Source of the DNA: an uncultured Eubacteriales bacterium
GTDB taxonomy: Bacteria; Acidobacteriota; Aminicenantia; Aminicenantales; Saccharicenantaceae
DNA length: 64,000 nucleotides
Direction: 5' to 3'
Assembly (NCBI GenBank): GCA_964585685.1
Contig: CAZPEP010000044.1
Span: 5,458-69,457 of the forward strand
Numbering within the stretch: the stretch's first letter is position 1; every line of letters starts with the position of its first letter. Of the stretch, positions 1 through 9,320 are shown piece by piece. The position numbers and the translations under genes were made by a program. Below the pieces are notes generated by a model. That model was not told the DNA's origin, did not search any database, and was given only the letters and a program-made list of their open reading frames with translations.

Positions 1-35
1 TCAGAACGTGGATTAAGAGGAAGGAAACAACTTCT

Positions 36-581
36 ATGGCCGGCCCATGGTCCTCGGACAGGGATCTCGAAGCCCTTCTGGCCCGGTTCACGAACTTCAT
101 CCGGGCCCAAATCCAGAAGTTCGAGGTCCAGAGGTTCGGGATCGATCCGGACGATATCGCTCAGGAGGTTCGGATCAAGATCTGGAAACTCATCAAGAGT
201 GAGAAAAATATCAGCAGTTATGCGGCCTATATTAAGAAGATCGTGGATACCGTGGTGATAGACCAGCTCCGGCTGCTGAAGAAGGACGAACAGCTCTATA
301 GAATGGAGAAGCAAAAACAGGTCGCAGAGCAATTGAACGGATACAGGCCCGAGGTCCTTCGGAACGCCCTGATGAAGGAGGCCGTCGGAAAGGCTGTCGA
401 ATCCCTCATCGAGAGCCGAAGGAACGTGGTCAAGCTCTACCTTTTCGAACTGAGCATCGAGGAGATCTCCCGGTTTTACGGCTGGAGTCTGCACAAGACG
501 CGCAATCTTCTGTATAGGGGCCTGGCCGACCTGAAAAGGTCCCTAAAAAGGGCGGATATCGGAAATGGGCATGAGCGATAG
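36..581 (+). CDS. ECF-type RNA polymerase sigma-70 family factor
   Basis: 181 aa. Sigma region 2 and region 4 helix-turn-helix (LYLFELSIEEISRFYGWSLHKTRNLLYRGLADLKRSL). The 3' end overlaps the downstream anti-sigma start by 17 nt, as in typical sigma/anti-sigma operons. Confidence 0.85.
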   Translation: MAGPWSSDRDLEALLARFTNFIRAQIQKFEVQRFGIDPDDIAQEVRIKIWKLIKSEKNISSYAAYIKKIVDTVVIDQLRLLKKDEQLYRMEKQKQVAEQLNGYRPEVLRNALMKEAVGKAVESLIESRRNVVKLYLFELSIEEISRFYGWSLHKTRNLLYRGLADLKRSLKRADIGNGHER

Positions 582-1248
582 CGAACTTCGTCGGATCTAT
601 CGGTCCTACGTCTCGGGAAGGACCTTGGCGGCCAGGGAAGGATGCCCTCCTATCGAGGACCTCCGGGAGGCCTTCGAGGACACGACACCGCAAGCGGCCA
701 AGTACGAGATCGTCGATCATATCTCCGCCTGTTCGGATTGCGCCCGGGAATTCGAGTTCATCCGAGAGGTTCGGGCGAGGGAAAAGGAACTTGCCGCGGG
801 GATACGGGAGCTCACCCGGCACCGCCGCCCCCCCATCCTGTTCCTTTCCCGGCCCCTCCGGGGCTATGCTTTCGGAATGCTGATGCTCGCCGTCGTGATC
901 TCGGGCGTCATCGTGTTCAAGCATGACCGCGCCCAAGACGAGGGACGGAGCGGGTCCACCACGATCCCCGAGGCCCTCTCCCCGTCCGGATTCGTCGAGG
1001 CTCCTCCCCCCCTGATATTCAGGTGGAAGCCGGTCATTCGGGCCGCCTCCTATGTCGTCGAGATCTACGATGAGTCCCTGCAGCTTATTTGGGAAAGCCC
1101 CCCGGTCTCGACCACAGTGGCGATTCTTCCCGATCCGCTAAAGGAAGCGCTTTCGAGCGACAAGAATTACTATTGGTCGGTGCTGGCGCTCGATTCGGAA
1201 GGGAAAATCGGCGAATCGAAGTTCGAAGCCTTCTCCCTCGATCGCTGA
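565..1248 (+). CDS. Anti-sigma factor: zf-HC2 zinc finger, single transmembrane helix, periplasmic C-terminal domain
   Basis: N-terminal HxxxCxxC motif (HISACSDCAREF). Hydrophobic helix LRGYAFGMLMLAVVISGVIVF. The C-terminal roughly 90 aa are paralogous to the C-terminus of the 59159..59812 product. Confidence 0.7.
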   Translation: MGMSDSELRRIYRSYVSGRTLAAREGCPPIEDLREAFEDTTPQAAKYEIVDHISACSDCAREFEFIREVRAREKELAAGIRELTRHRRPPILFLSRPLRGYAFGMLMLAVVISGVIVFKHDRAQDEGRSGSTTIPEALSPSGFVEAPPPLIFRWKPVIRAASYVVEIYDESLQLIWESPPVSTTVAILPDPLKEALSSDKNYYWSVLALDSEGKIGESKFEAFSLDR

Positions 1249-4178
1249 CCCACGGAGGCGCTTCCCCGCCCCCTCCCTTCGCGTGAGGAATCCGGGCCGA
1301 AATCCCCGTTCAAAACGAACGCGGCCCAGTGGAACGGATGGGCATATTTTGATCGCAGCATCCGGACCTTGGCAAACCTCAGGGCCGCGGCCTTGCCGTA
1401 GCCCCGCGACAGGTATTCATAGAAACCATCCATGAAATAGGCCGTAGACCTGTCCCCGATAGGCCAGAGCGTCGATACCACCGATTTTGATCCGGCATAG
1501 AAGAACATCCTTGGGAGCCCCAAAAGCCCTTCGCCTCGCTCCAGACTGCCCCGTCCCGTTTGACAGGCCGACAGGACGACGAGGTCGGCGTCCAACCTCA
1601 GGTTATAGATCTCCCGTGCCTGAAGGATCCCGTCCTCCCCGTCGTTCCGACCGACCGAGAGGATCAGGGCTGATCGAAACGGGACCTTCTCATCCAAGAG
1701 CCCATGACAAGCGAAATGGACGATCCGGTAATCCTCAAGGGCCAGCACTTTCAGGTCCTCCTCCGCGGCCCGGGTCCCAAGCAGGATGTCTTTGGACCCT
1801 TTGGGGAAATGCCCGGCGATATCCAAGACCTCTTTCTTGCTGAACGGCAACTGGGAAAGATCGAAACCCTGTCCCTTATAGATCTCACCGACCGTCCATC
1901 CCGCCGTGGCATGCCCTTCCTTATCGACCGTCCCCGCCTTTGTCAAGGCGGGAGCGCCGAGGGCCAGAAGCGTCTTGCGCCACGGCCCAGCCGCTTTCCG
2001 GGAAAGGAAAACGAGGGAAGAAGAAGAAGGGGCATAGGATATCTCGAATCGTTCGATAAGATATCCCGAGACCGGAGCGCCGGACGGACGCAGCGTCTCG
2101 AACGGAAGGTAGTAAAGGATGCCGTCAGGGACGATAATGAGTCGTTTGAGCCCCTCGACGGGAAGGCCGGCGAGGGGCGGGAGGAGCTCGTCGGCGATCC
2201 TTTCCGCCGCGAGTCTCCCAGTAAACCCCTTCCTATCGGGAATCGAGAGGGCCTTGAGATAGCCCCTCAAGGACCTTTCGATCACCTCTCTGGGAGGGAG
2301 ATCGAAGAGCCTCACGCCGTTCTTGGTGATGAAGAACATGTAGGACCGGGCATCGCCGAGGAAGTATTCGATCAGACCCGTCTTTTCGTCCAGAAATTCG
2401 TTCCGAAGTCTTTGGATCGAATAAAGATCGGACGAGACCAAGCCCACAAGTCCGGGCTGTTCGGCTTTCATTTCGGAGATGAGCCTCAGCGATTCGTCTT
2501 CGGCGCGGCCGAGCTTCTTGAGCTTCTCGCCACGCTCCGCCTGCCTCAGGGCAGGATTGGATAACTCCAGAATGAGCGCCGAGATCTCCCTGGATATCTC
2601 TTCCTCCCTCTCCTTCAGGCCCTGCGTCAACCCGACCCGAAAATCGATCCTGGCCTCTCCCAGGCACTCGAGAAAAGCGCGGGCTTTCGCCTTTTCGACG
2701 ATGACGAACATCTCCTCGAGGCGGGTCCCGGACGGGTCCTCGTGGGAGAGCCTAAACAAAAGATTCAGAAGGCTCTCGAAGATCCCGAGCTTGTTCCTGG
2801 CAAAGCCGGCCTTGAACGTTTCCAGGAAGATCCGGCTCCTGATCGTATCGATCACGTCCACGGATTTCTGATAATAATGGAGGGCGTTGACGAGGTCTCC
2901 CCGTTTTTCGAGACATTGACCGAGCCCAAAGTAGGATTCCCAGACGGTATCTTTAAATAGATGAATCGCAGGAAGATCAACCGCATTTGAAAAGAGCTTT
3001 CGAGATTCGTTCAATCTATTCATTTTAAGAAAAACATTTCCTAAATTATTATATATGTTGCCAATAGCCTCTATGTTTTTTTGCTCGTTTGCCTTTGATA
3101 GTGCTAATTTAAAAAAGCTGATTGCGGTATCATATTCATTAAGATTTATATATATCGTCCCTTTATTATTTAAAACTTCAATTTCGGTTTTGACATCTGG
3201 AGACTTGCTCAGCATGTTCAAGCATCTATTAAAATAGCCAAGAGCCTCAATAAAATCGGACCTAATGTTGCTCTGATATGCTTTCTTCTCGAGTACCACA
3301 CCAATGTTGTTGTATGTTTTACATACATCAAGTGCTCGCCCATTCTCTAAGTCAATAGACAATGAATTCTTAAAGTGAATGAGCGCGTTATCATAATCAC
3401 CAAGATTCATGCTAATAAGACCAATATTGCTAACACATTCTGCTTCGGTTTGGCTGTCATTAAGCGGCCTTAAAATAAGAAGCGCCTGCTGGAAATGTCG
3501 GAGGGCCTTTGAATAGTCCGTCGATTTCCAGAAGTAGAGGCCGAGGTTGTTCAGGCATCGCCCCTGTTCGATCTTGAGGTTGAGTCTCATTGCGATTTTC
3601 AGGGCCTCTTCATTGTTCGAGAGGAAGCTCTTCAGGTCGTTCATTTGCCAGTATGTCCCGCTCATCTGACGGAGGCACTTGGCGACGAACTCCTCGCCTT
3701 TGATCCTCCGGCCGATCGCGAGCGCTTCTGAGAACGCCTCCAGGGACCGGGGCAGGGCGTTCGAGAGACGGAGGTCCTTCCCCTGATTGTACAGCCGGAT
3801 GATGTCCAGGGCCGCCCGGCTGATGAAAAGTACTCCGTCCGAGCCGGGAGTCCCGGCCTTCCGGGAGGCCTCGGAAAAGTTCCCCTCGGCCTCGCGGATT
3901 CGCCCCAGGTTCCATTGGAGAAGTCCCAGCTTCATCAGGCACGCGGCTTCGGCCGCCGTATCGTTCGCTTGCCGCGAGATCGTCAAGGCCTCTTGGAACC
4001 GGTCGATGGAACTCTCGAAATCGCCGCGGGCCCTGGCCTCTTCCCCCTTCCGGAAAGCCAGAGTGTAGGCTCCATTGTCCCGAACCCCCGGCTTGTCGGG
4101 GAGGTCCGTCCCCGTCGCGGCCGCGAACCCGGCGAGGGCCCCCGCCAGAAGAATGATGACCCTGCTTCCCCTCCGCAT
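1170..4178 (-). CDS. Secreted TPR-repeat / CHAT-domain (caspase-like His-Cys) protein
   Basis: 1002 aa. N-terminal signal peptide. Long run of TPR-like repeats. C-terminal CHAT hallmarks HFACHG ... LSACQTG. Convergent 79-nt overlap with the anti-sigma gene. Contains an AT-rich internal segment. Confidence 0.8.
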   Translation of the reverse strand: MRRGSRVIILLAGALAGFAAATGTDLPDKPGVRDNGAYTLAFRKGEEARARGDFESSIDRFQEALTISRQANDTAAEAACLMKLGLLQWNLGRIREAEGNFSEASRKAGTPGSDGVLFISRAALDIIRLYNQGKDLRLSNALPRSLEAFSEALAIGRRIKGEEFVAKCLRQMSGTYWQMNDLKSFLSNNEEALKIAMRLNLKIEQGRCLNNLGLYFWKSTDYSKALRHFQQALLILRPLNDSQTEAECVSNIGLISMNLGDYDNALIHFKNSLSIDLENGRALDVCKTYNNIGVVLEKKAYQSNIRSDFIEALGYFNRCLNMLSKSPDVKTEIEVLNNKGTIYINLNEYDTAISFFKLALSKANEQKNIEAIGNIYNNLGNVFLKMNRLNESRKLFSNAVDLPAIHLFKDTVWESYFGLGQCLEKRGDLVNALHYYQKSVDVIDTIRSRIFLETFKAGFARNKLGIFESLLNLLFRLSHEDPSGTRLEEMFVIVEKAKARAFLECLGEARIDFRVGLTQGLKEREEEISREISALILELSNPALRQAERGEKLKKLGRAEDESLRLISEMKAEQPGLVGLVSSDLYSIQRLRNEFLDEKTGLIEYFLGDARSYMFFITKNGVRLFDLPPREVIERSLRGYLKALSIPDRKGFTGRLAAERIADELLPPLAGLPVEGLKRLIIVPDGILYYLPFETLRPSGAPVSGYLIERFEISYAPSSSSLVFLSRKAAGPWRKTLLALGAPALTKAGTVDKEGHATAGWTVGEIYKGQGFDLSQLPFSKKEVLDIAGHFPKGSKDILLGTRAAEEDLKVLALEDYRIVHFACHGLLDEKVPFRSALILSVGRNDGEDGILQAREIYNLRLDADLVVLSACQTGRGSLERGEGLLGLPRMFFYAGSKSVVSTLWPIGDRSTAYFMDGFYEYLSRGYGKAAALRFAKVRMLRSKYAHPFHWAAFVLNGDFGPDSSREGRGRGSASVGQRSREKASNFDSPIFPSESSASTDQ

Positions 4179-4195
4179 TGAAAAATTCCAAATCT

Positions 4196-4286
4196 ATATA
4201 ATATGAGACCGTCCGGGATGTCAATTTTATCTCATTCCCTGAAAACCTACCCGTTTCATTGACTTTTCTCCGTTCCGGCCTATACT
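4196..4286. promoter_or_regulatory. Divergent sigma-70-like promoters: TTGACT-16-TATACT (+, 4259..4286) and TTGACA-17-TTATAT (-, 4196..4224)
   Basis: Hexamers read directly in the AT-rich gap between the CHAT start (4178, minus) and the 4309 plus-strand gene. Confidence 0.45.
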
Positions 4287-4308
4287 TGTTTCCGGCCTGA
4301 CCCCTACA

Positions 4309-5265
4309 ATGAGACGTGCAACGATCCTGGCTGCGGCGGCGATCCTCCTGATCGTTGGACCTCTGTCCGCCCAGGCGAAAAGGACGCGGACGGCCGGGAA
4401 GCGATTGGTCGCCACCGTCCCTTTATCGTTCAAGTTCACGGGTTGGGTGTCCGGCGCACCGGCCAAAAAGCTGACGGGCAAGGCTCTTGTCGCTTATCTC
4501 GGCGGGGCCGCCGATGTGGCCCTGCAGTACGGAGTCAAGGACGTTTCCGTCCACCGCTTCAGGCCGGCGGCCCGCACGAAGAAGACCGCTGGCCGGGAAT
4601 TCACCCTCGAGCTGTTCCGGATGGATTCAGCCGCCGACGCTTTTGGCCTTTTCTCTCTCGGGCGCCGGAACGCGGACCGAGCGTCGGCCGCCGTGGCCGC
4701 GCCGAACGTAACCGGGCCGGACAGGGCCGCTTTCGTCAAAGGTTACGTCTATGTCAATATCCGGACAAAGGGGTGCGAGGAGGTCGATGTTGAGAAGATC
4801 GCGGCCGCCGCGGCCAAACGGATCGGTCTTCCCGCGGACCCGCCCCCGCCCGGAATCGCTGGACTCCCCAGGTCGAACATCGTCCCGGGAAGCGAGCGCT
4901 ACATCCGGGGGAATATCACGGCCGGGGCCGAATCTCCGCTCTTGAACAGGGATTTCTGGGGATTCCGGACGGGGACGAGCCGGGCCTTCACGGCCCGCTA
5001 CAGGCCCAAGGACAGTAAGCTCATCGTCGTGGAATTCGTCGAATTGCCTGAGGGCCTCGCCCGAAGCGCCCTCGAGCTCTTCAAGGAATATCTGGAGGAC
5101 GTCCGGGAAGAGGGCGGCGTCGTGACCGGCGCCGATGTCGCCGGAGGCGTCTGTCTCTTCGGCGTGTCCGGGAAGACCGCCGCTCTGATCATCGGAGAGC
5201 CGGACCCGGGGATCGCGCGGGCCCGCCTTTCGGAAGCTCTGGCCGAACCCGGGGACCGGAAATGA
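4309..5265 (+). CDS. Secreted hypothetical protein
   Basis: 318 aa. Signal peptide MRRATILAAAAILLIVGPLSAQA. Consistent GC3-rich codon usage. No recognisable catalytic motif. Confidence 0.5.
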   Translation: MRRATILAAAAILLIVGPLSAQAKRTRTAGKRLVATVPLSFKFTGWVSGAPAKKLTGKALVAYLGGAADVALQYGVKDVSVHRFRPAARTKKTAGREFTLELFRMDSAADAFGLFSLGRRNADRASAAVAAPNVTGPDRAAFVKGYVYVNIRTKGCEEVDVEKIAAAAAKRIGLPADPPPPGIAGLPRSNIVPGSERYIRGNITAGAESPLLNRDFWGFRTGTSRAFTARYRPKDSKLIVVEFVELPEGLARSALELFKEYLEDVREEGGVVTGADVAGGVCLFGVSGKTAALIIGEPDPGIARARLSEALAEPGDRK

Positions 5266-5287
5266 TTTTTTAGAGCGGCGCGGCCGG

Positions 5288-5752
5288 TCAAACAGGAGAT
5301 GTCAGCGCCGAGAACGTAAAGTCCCTATAGTGTTCAAGGATGTCCAGGATGAGGGCCTCCTTGGTGATCTTCATGATCTCCCCAGGGGAAAGTTCCTTCA
5401 TGAACTCCATGGCCCTCTCTTCCAAGACGGCGGACTTCGACTTTCTTCCTCTGAGAACGAGCCCAAGCTTGAGTTCGTAGGCGTTCTTCGGAAGGACGAC
5501 CCGATAGTGGAGGTTGTCCGTGTTCGAGCCGGGAAAGCTCAGTTCGAAGTTGATGGAACGGCCCTTGTCTTCGCGGAAACGGACCTTGACGCCGTAATCC
5601 CGCATCTCTTCCTTAAGGCTTTCGAAGGCCGGTTCAGCGATGAATTCGCAGAACTGGGCGAAGCTCTCCAAGGTATCGGCCTTGGCCTTCTCTATGAGCT
5701 TAAAGGCATCGAAGTGCTTTCTTAGCTCGTCCTTCCAGGTTTCTCCGGACAT
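5288..5752 (-). CDS. Hypothetical cytoplasmic protein
   Basis: 154-aa ORF with plausible composition; no recognised domain. Confidence 0.4.
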   Translation of the reverse strand: MSGETWKDELRKHFDAFKLIEKAKADTLESFAQFCEFIAEPAFESLKEEMRDYGVKVRFREDKGRSINFELSFPGSNTDNLHYRVVLPKNAYELKLGLVLRGRKSKSAVLEERAMEFMKELSPGEIMKITKEALILDILEHYRDFTFSALTSPV

Positions 5753-5971
5753 GGGCCCTTCCGTTTCCTAAGATATACGAATGATAGCACACTCCGGGAC
5801 GGAGTTTAAGGAGAAAGAACCCCCCGGGGGGGTTGGTGCCGGCTGATGTCAGCAAAAGGGGGGTGATGATTGAAAATTTGAGGGAGCCCTCTCCAGCCGG
5901 CCAAAGAGAGCCATTCCCATTATATCAGAGCCGAAGGCGAACGCAAGAAGAAACGCAGGATATTTTTGTTG

Positions 5972-6920
5972 TTAATAAATTTCGCCGCTTTCGCGGAGTG
6001 CCCCCCAAACAACTTCCGCGTCGAGGTTCGAAAGGGCGCGAGCGGCTAGCACACGGGTCCGGCCGAAAGGTTCCCAAGCGGGGATGTTCTCTTCGAGGAA
6101 GAGGGCCGTCACGCGCGCGCCGCATGCCGCCGCCAGATGGGTGATCCCCGAATCGTTTCCCAGATAAAGTGGGGCCTCAGCCAGGAGCCCCGCGAGCCCG
6201 AGGATCGACGGCCTCCGCGCCCAGGTCCAGCCGTGCGGGAGAGCCCCCCCCGCGAGGCGCCCGGCGATCGCGGGCCGTTCCTCCGCTTCCCCTGTGACGA
6301 AAACGCCGGGGATCCCTGCGTCCGCCAGCCGGCGGGCGATCTCAAGGAAATTTACGAAAGGCCAAAGCTTGGCCCTGCCCCCGCTTCCCGGATGGACGAC
6401 GGCGAACCGGCCTCCGCTAGGCAGATCGGTCCGGAGCCCGGCGCGCGCCGCGGTCATCCCTCCTTTCTTCGATCGAAGCCGGGAACACTCGTCAAAATCG
6501 GGCACGATCCCGTCCGGAAGAGGAAATCCGGATTCGGTGACCGCGAAAAATCGTCGGCTGATTGAAACGGAATGGGGAGGGGTCGGCGCGGTGAAAAGGA
6601 CCGTTCGGGCTCCCCGCGACTTCAATTCCCCTTCCATTTCGGGCGGGGGCGGCTTCTGCATCCAGCCGACGGCGAGGGACAACTCCGGCCGGGGGCCTGA
6701 CGGCGGAAAGCCCGCGTCCGCGAAAAGCGCCGAGGCCTCACGGCCCTCCACCGGGACTATCCCGTCCGTAATCCCGGCATCGAGGAACAGCCCCCCGTAC
6801 TCTCCCCTGCACAGGAGCGCAAATCGGCGCCCCGGCATAGTCCGGCGCACGTAGGTCATCGAGGGCAGGGCGACGAGAAGGTCGCCCAGGCCTCCCAGGC
6901 GGATCAGGAGAACATCCATG
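5972..6920 (-). CDS. Glycosyltransferase family 9 (LPS heptosyltransferase-like)
   Basis: MDVLLIRLGGLGDLLVALP N-terminus and LYLGNDSGITHLAAACG motif typical of GT9. The ORF-track start (7084) is over-extended; the real start is at the MDVLL methionine, about 6920. Confidence 0.75.
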
Positions 6921-7164
6921 GCGCCCTTAGATTGGGCAAAACGGCGGCCGAAGTCAATCCCTTGACTCCCCGGCATGAATGCCGGGGCCGGGCTTCCCAG
7001 TCCCGGTCCTGGCAAGGCAGGGACCGGGGCTTGTTCGGGGTTAACCCTGAGCCTCGCTACGCGCTTCGCGTTCCCGCCCTTCATGGCGGGGTAGCGTCGG
7101 CGAACGGGTCAAGAGGCCGGCCGCGTTCGTTGAACAGGCCACTTTTTGCGGTTCCCGCCGATTT

Positions 7165-8151
7165 ATGATAAGAATTGTCCCGATGAATTTACTCCCCGAA
7201 CGCAGGCCGCCGTCGCAGAGGCGCACTCTCCTCCTGGTTCTCAAAGTGTTTTTCAGCGTCTCCATCCTCTCCCTCATTCTCATTTATAAGGCACCGGTCC
7301 GGGACATCCTGGGAGTCTTATGGTCGGTCGGCCTCGGCTGGCTTGCCATGGCCTTTTCGCTCCACTCCATCGGGATCTTCGCGAGCGCTTATCGATGGCA
7401 GATCCTGGCCCGGGCCCAGGGGGACGAGATCCCCCTCGGCTACCTCATGAGATCCTACCTGGTAGGGACGTTCTTCAGCAATTTCCTTCCGTCGAGCTTC
7501 GGGGGCGATATCGTGCGCATCTGGGACGGCTCTCGGTACTCTCGGTCCCTGGTCCGGGCGTCGGCAGTCGTCGTCGTCGAACGGGCCACCGGGATCATCG
7601 TTCTGTTCCTCTTCGCTCTCATCGGCTCGCTCTTCAGGCTGGACATGGCCAATGACGTCCCGATCATATGGGCGGCGCTCGTCCTGGGGCTCGCCGGCTT
7701 GGCCCTAGCGGCCCTGTTCTTCACGCCCTTCGCGGAACGCCTCATCCGGGGGCTCCCCGGCGGAAAATTCCTCAGGGCCCCGAAAGAAAAGGTCCTCGCC
7801 TTCCGCACGATCATCCTCGATTATCGGCACCATAAAGGCCCGTTCCTCCGGGCCACTTTCTGGGCTTTGGTCCTCCAGGCCAACGTCGTGCTCTATTTCT
7901 TCCTTATCGGCAAGGCCTTCCGGCTCGATATCGGGTTCCCGGACTACTTCATTTTCGTTCCCATCGTCCTCCTCGTCCAAGCCATCCCCGTGACCATCAA
8001 CGGCCTGGGCCTCCGGGAGGGATCGACCGTCGAGATCTTCAGGTTCTACCTCATCCCCGCGGGGACGGCCGTCGCCTTCTCGCTCGTGGACGTGGGCTTC
8101 CGGCTGGTCCTGGGGGCGGTCGGCGGGATCATCTACGCTTTCAGGAAATGA
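7165..8151 (+). CDS. Flippase-like / lysyl-phosphatidylglycerol-synthase-TM-domain family integral membrane protein
   Basis: 328 aa, about 8 predicted TM helices. Conserved GGDIVRI and LGLREG motifs of the UPF0104/LPG_synthase_TM family. Confidence 0.6.
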   Translation: MIRIVPMNLLPERRPPSQRRTLLLVLKVFFSVSILSLILIYKAPVRDILGVLWSVGLGWLAMAFSLHSIGIFASAYRWQILARAQGDEIPLGYLMRSYLVGTFFSNFLPSSFGGDIVRIWDGSRYSRSLVRASAVVVVERATGIIVLFLFALIGSLFRLDMANDVPIIWAALVLGLAGLALAALFFTPFAERLIRGLPGGKFLRAPKEKVLAFRTIILDYRHHKGPFLRATFWALVLQANVVLYFFLIGKAFRLDIGFPDYFIFVPIVLLVQAIPVTINGLGLREGSTVEIFRFYLIPAGTAVAFSLVDVGFRLVLGAVGGIIYAFRK

Positions 8152-9311
8152 ACGCGCGCCTCCCCTTCCAGGCTCTCGGCCTCGGCCTCCTCGTCATCGT
8201 CGCAAACTCAGCGCCTGCTCTCCAGCGGGACGTCTCCGACTTCGAGACCCGCATCGCAAAGATAAACGCGCAGATCCGAGACCTCCAAGCAAAACTCGCA
8301 GACGAGGAGAAGAAGGAATCGTCCATCCTGTCCGCGCTCGAGCGAATCGGCCTCAGGAAGCGGCTGATCCGCGCGGAACTGGCGGCCGGCGCCGTCTCCG
8401 TCGAACGGACGGACGGCGAACTCGAGGCCCTCAGGAAGGAGATCGTGTTCCGGCGGATCGCGCTCGAGTCGGAGAGGCGTTCGGTCGAGAGAACCCTGGT
8501 GACGCTTTACAAGTTCGGGCGGTTCGACCTCCTTCAATTCATCCTGCGGTCCGATAACATCGAGGCGGTCCTTGCTGAGAGCAAGAGCTTGGCCTACCTC
8601 GCCCGCCACCGGAACGACGTCGTCGCGGGTTACTTGGCCTCCCTCTTCGAGCTGGGCGCGGCCGAAGCCAAGCTGGAAGCCAAGAAGGGCGAGATCACCG
8701 GCCTCCTCCGGACAGCAGGAGAGAAAAAGAAAGAGCTTGAGGCCGAGGAACGGAAAAACCGCGAGCTCGTTGCCGGCATCCAGCGCCACAAGAGGTCCTA
8801 CGCCCAGGCCCTCGAGGAGCTCGCGGAAAGCGGCCTTCAGCTCCAGGCCCTGATGAAGAGGATCGTTGACGAAAAGTACGAACTCCCCTACCCGTTCGTC
8901 CCCCTCTATGAGAGGATGGGGAAGCTCGCCTGGCCCGTTTCGGGAAGGATCATCACCCCCTTCGGGCCTCAGAAAAACGCCAGGTTCAACACGATCACCA
9001 CGAATAACGGCGTTGAGATCTCCCCGAAGAAGGAGAGCGCCCCCGTTCTGGCCGTCCATCCGGGCCGGGTCGTCTACGTGGACGCCTTCGAGGGGTACGG
9101 CAACCTGATCATCGTCGACCACGGCCTGACCTATTACACCCTCTACGGCCACTGTTCCGAGTTCCTGGCCGCCAAGGGGGACGCCGTCCAGGCGGGGCAA
9201 CCCATCGCCCTGTCCGGGGATTCAGGTTCCCTCAAGGGGGAATGCCTCTATTTCGAGATCCGGTTCAGGACGAAGGCCCTCGATCCCTTGAAATGGCTCA
9301 AGCGAAAGTGA
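8148..9311 (+). CDS. M23 family metallopeptidase with N-terminal coiled coil (EnvC-like murein hydrolase activator)
   Basis: Signal peptide. Long coiled-coil region. C-terminal LytM/M23 domain (HPGRVVYVDAFEGYGNLIIVDHGLTYYTLYGH). Start overlaps the preceding gene as ATGA. Confidence 0.8.
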   Translation: MNARLPFQALGLGLLVIVANSAPALQRDVSDFETRIAKINAQIRDLQAKLADEEKKESSILSALERIGLRKRLIRAELAAGAVSVERTDGELEALRKEIVFRRIALESERRSVERTLVTLYKFGRFDLLQFILRSDNIEAVLAESKSLAYLARHRNDVVAGYLASLFELGAAEAKLEAKKGEITGLLRTAGEKKKELEAEERKNRELVAGIQRHKRSYAQALEELAESGLQLQALMKRIVDEKYELPYPFVPLYERMGKLAWPVSGRIITPFGPQKNARFNTITTNNGVEISPKKESAPVLAVHPGRVVYVDAFEGYGNLIIVDHGLTYYTLYGHCSEFLAAKGDAVQAGQPIALSGDSGSLKGECLYFEIRFRTKALDPLKWLKRK

Positions 9312-9320
9312 TATAATGTA

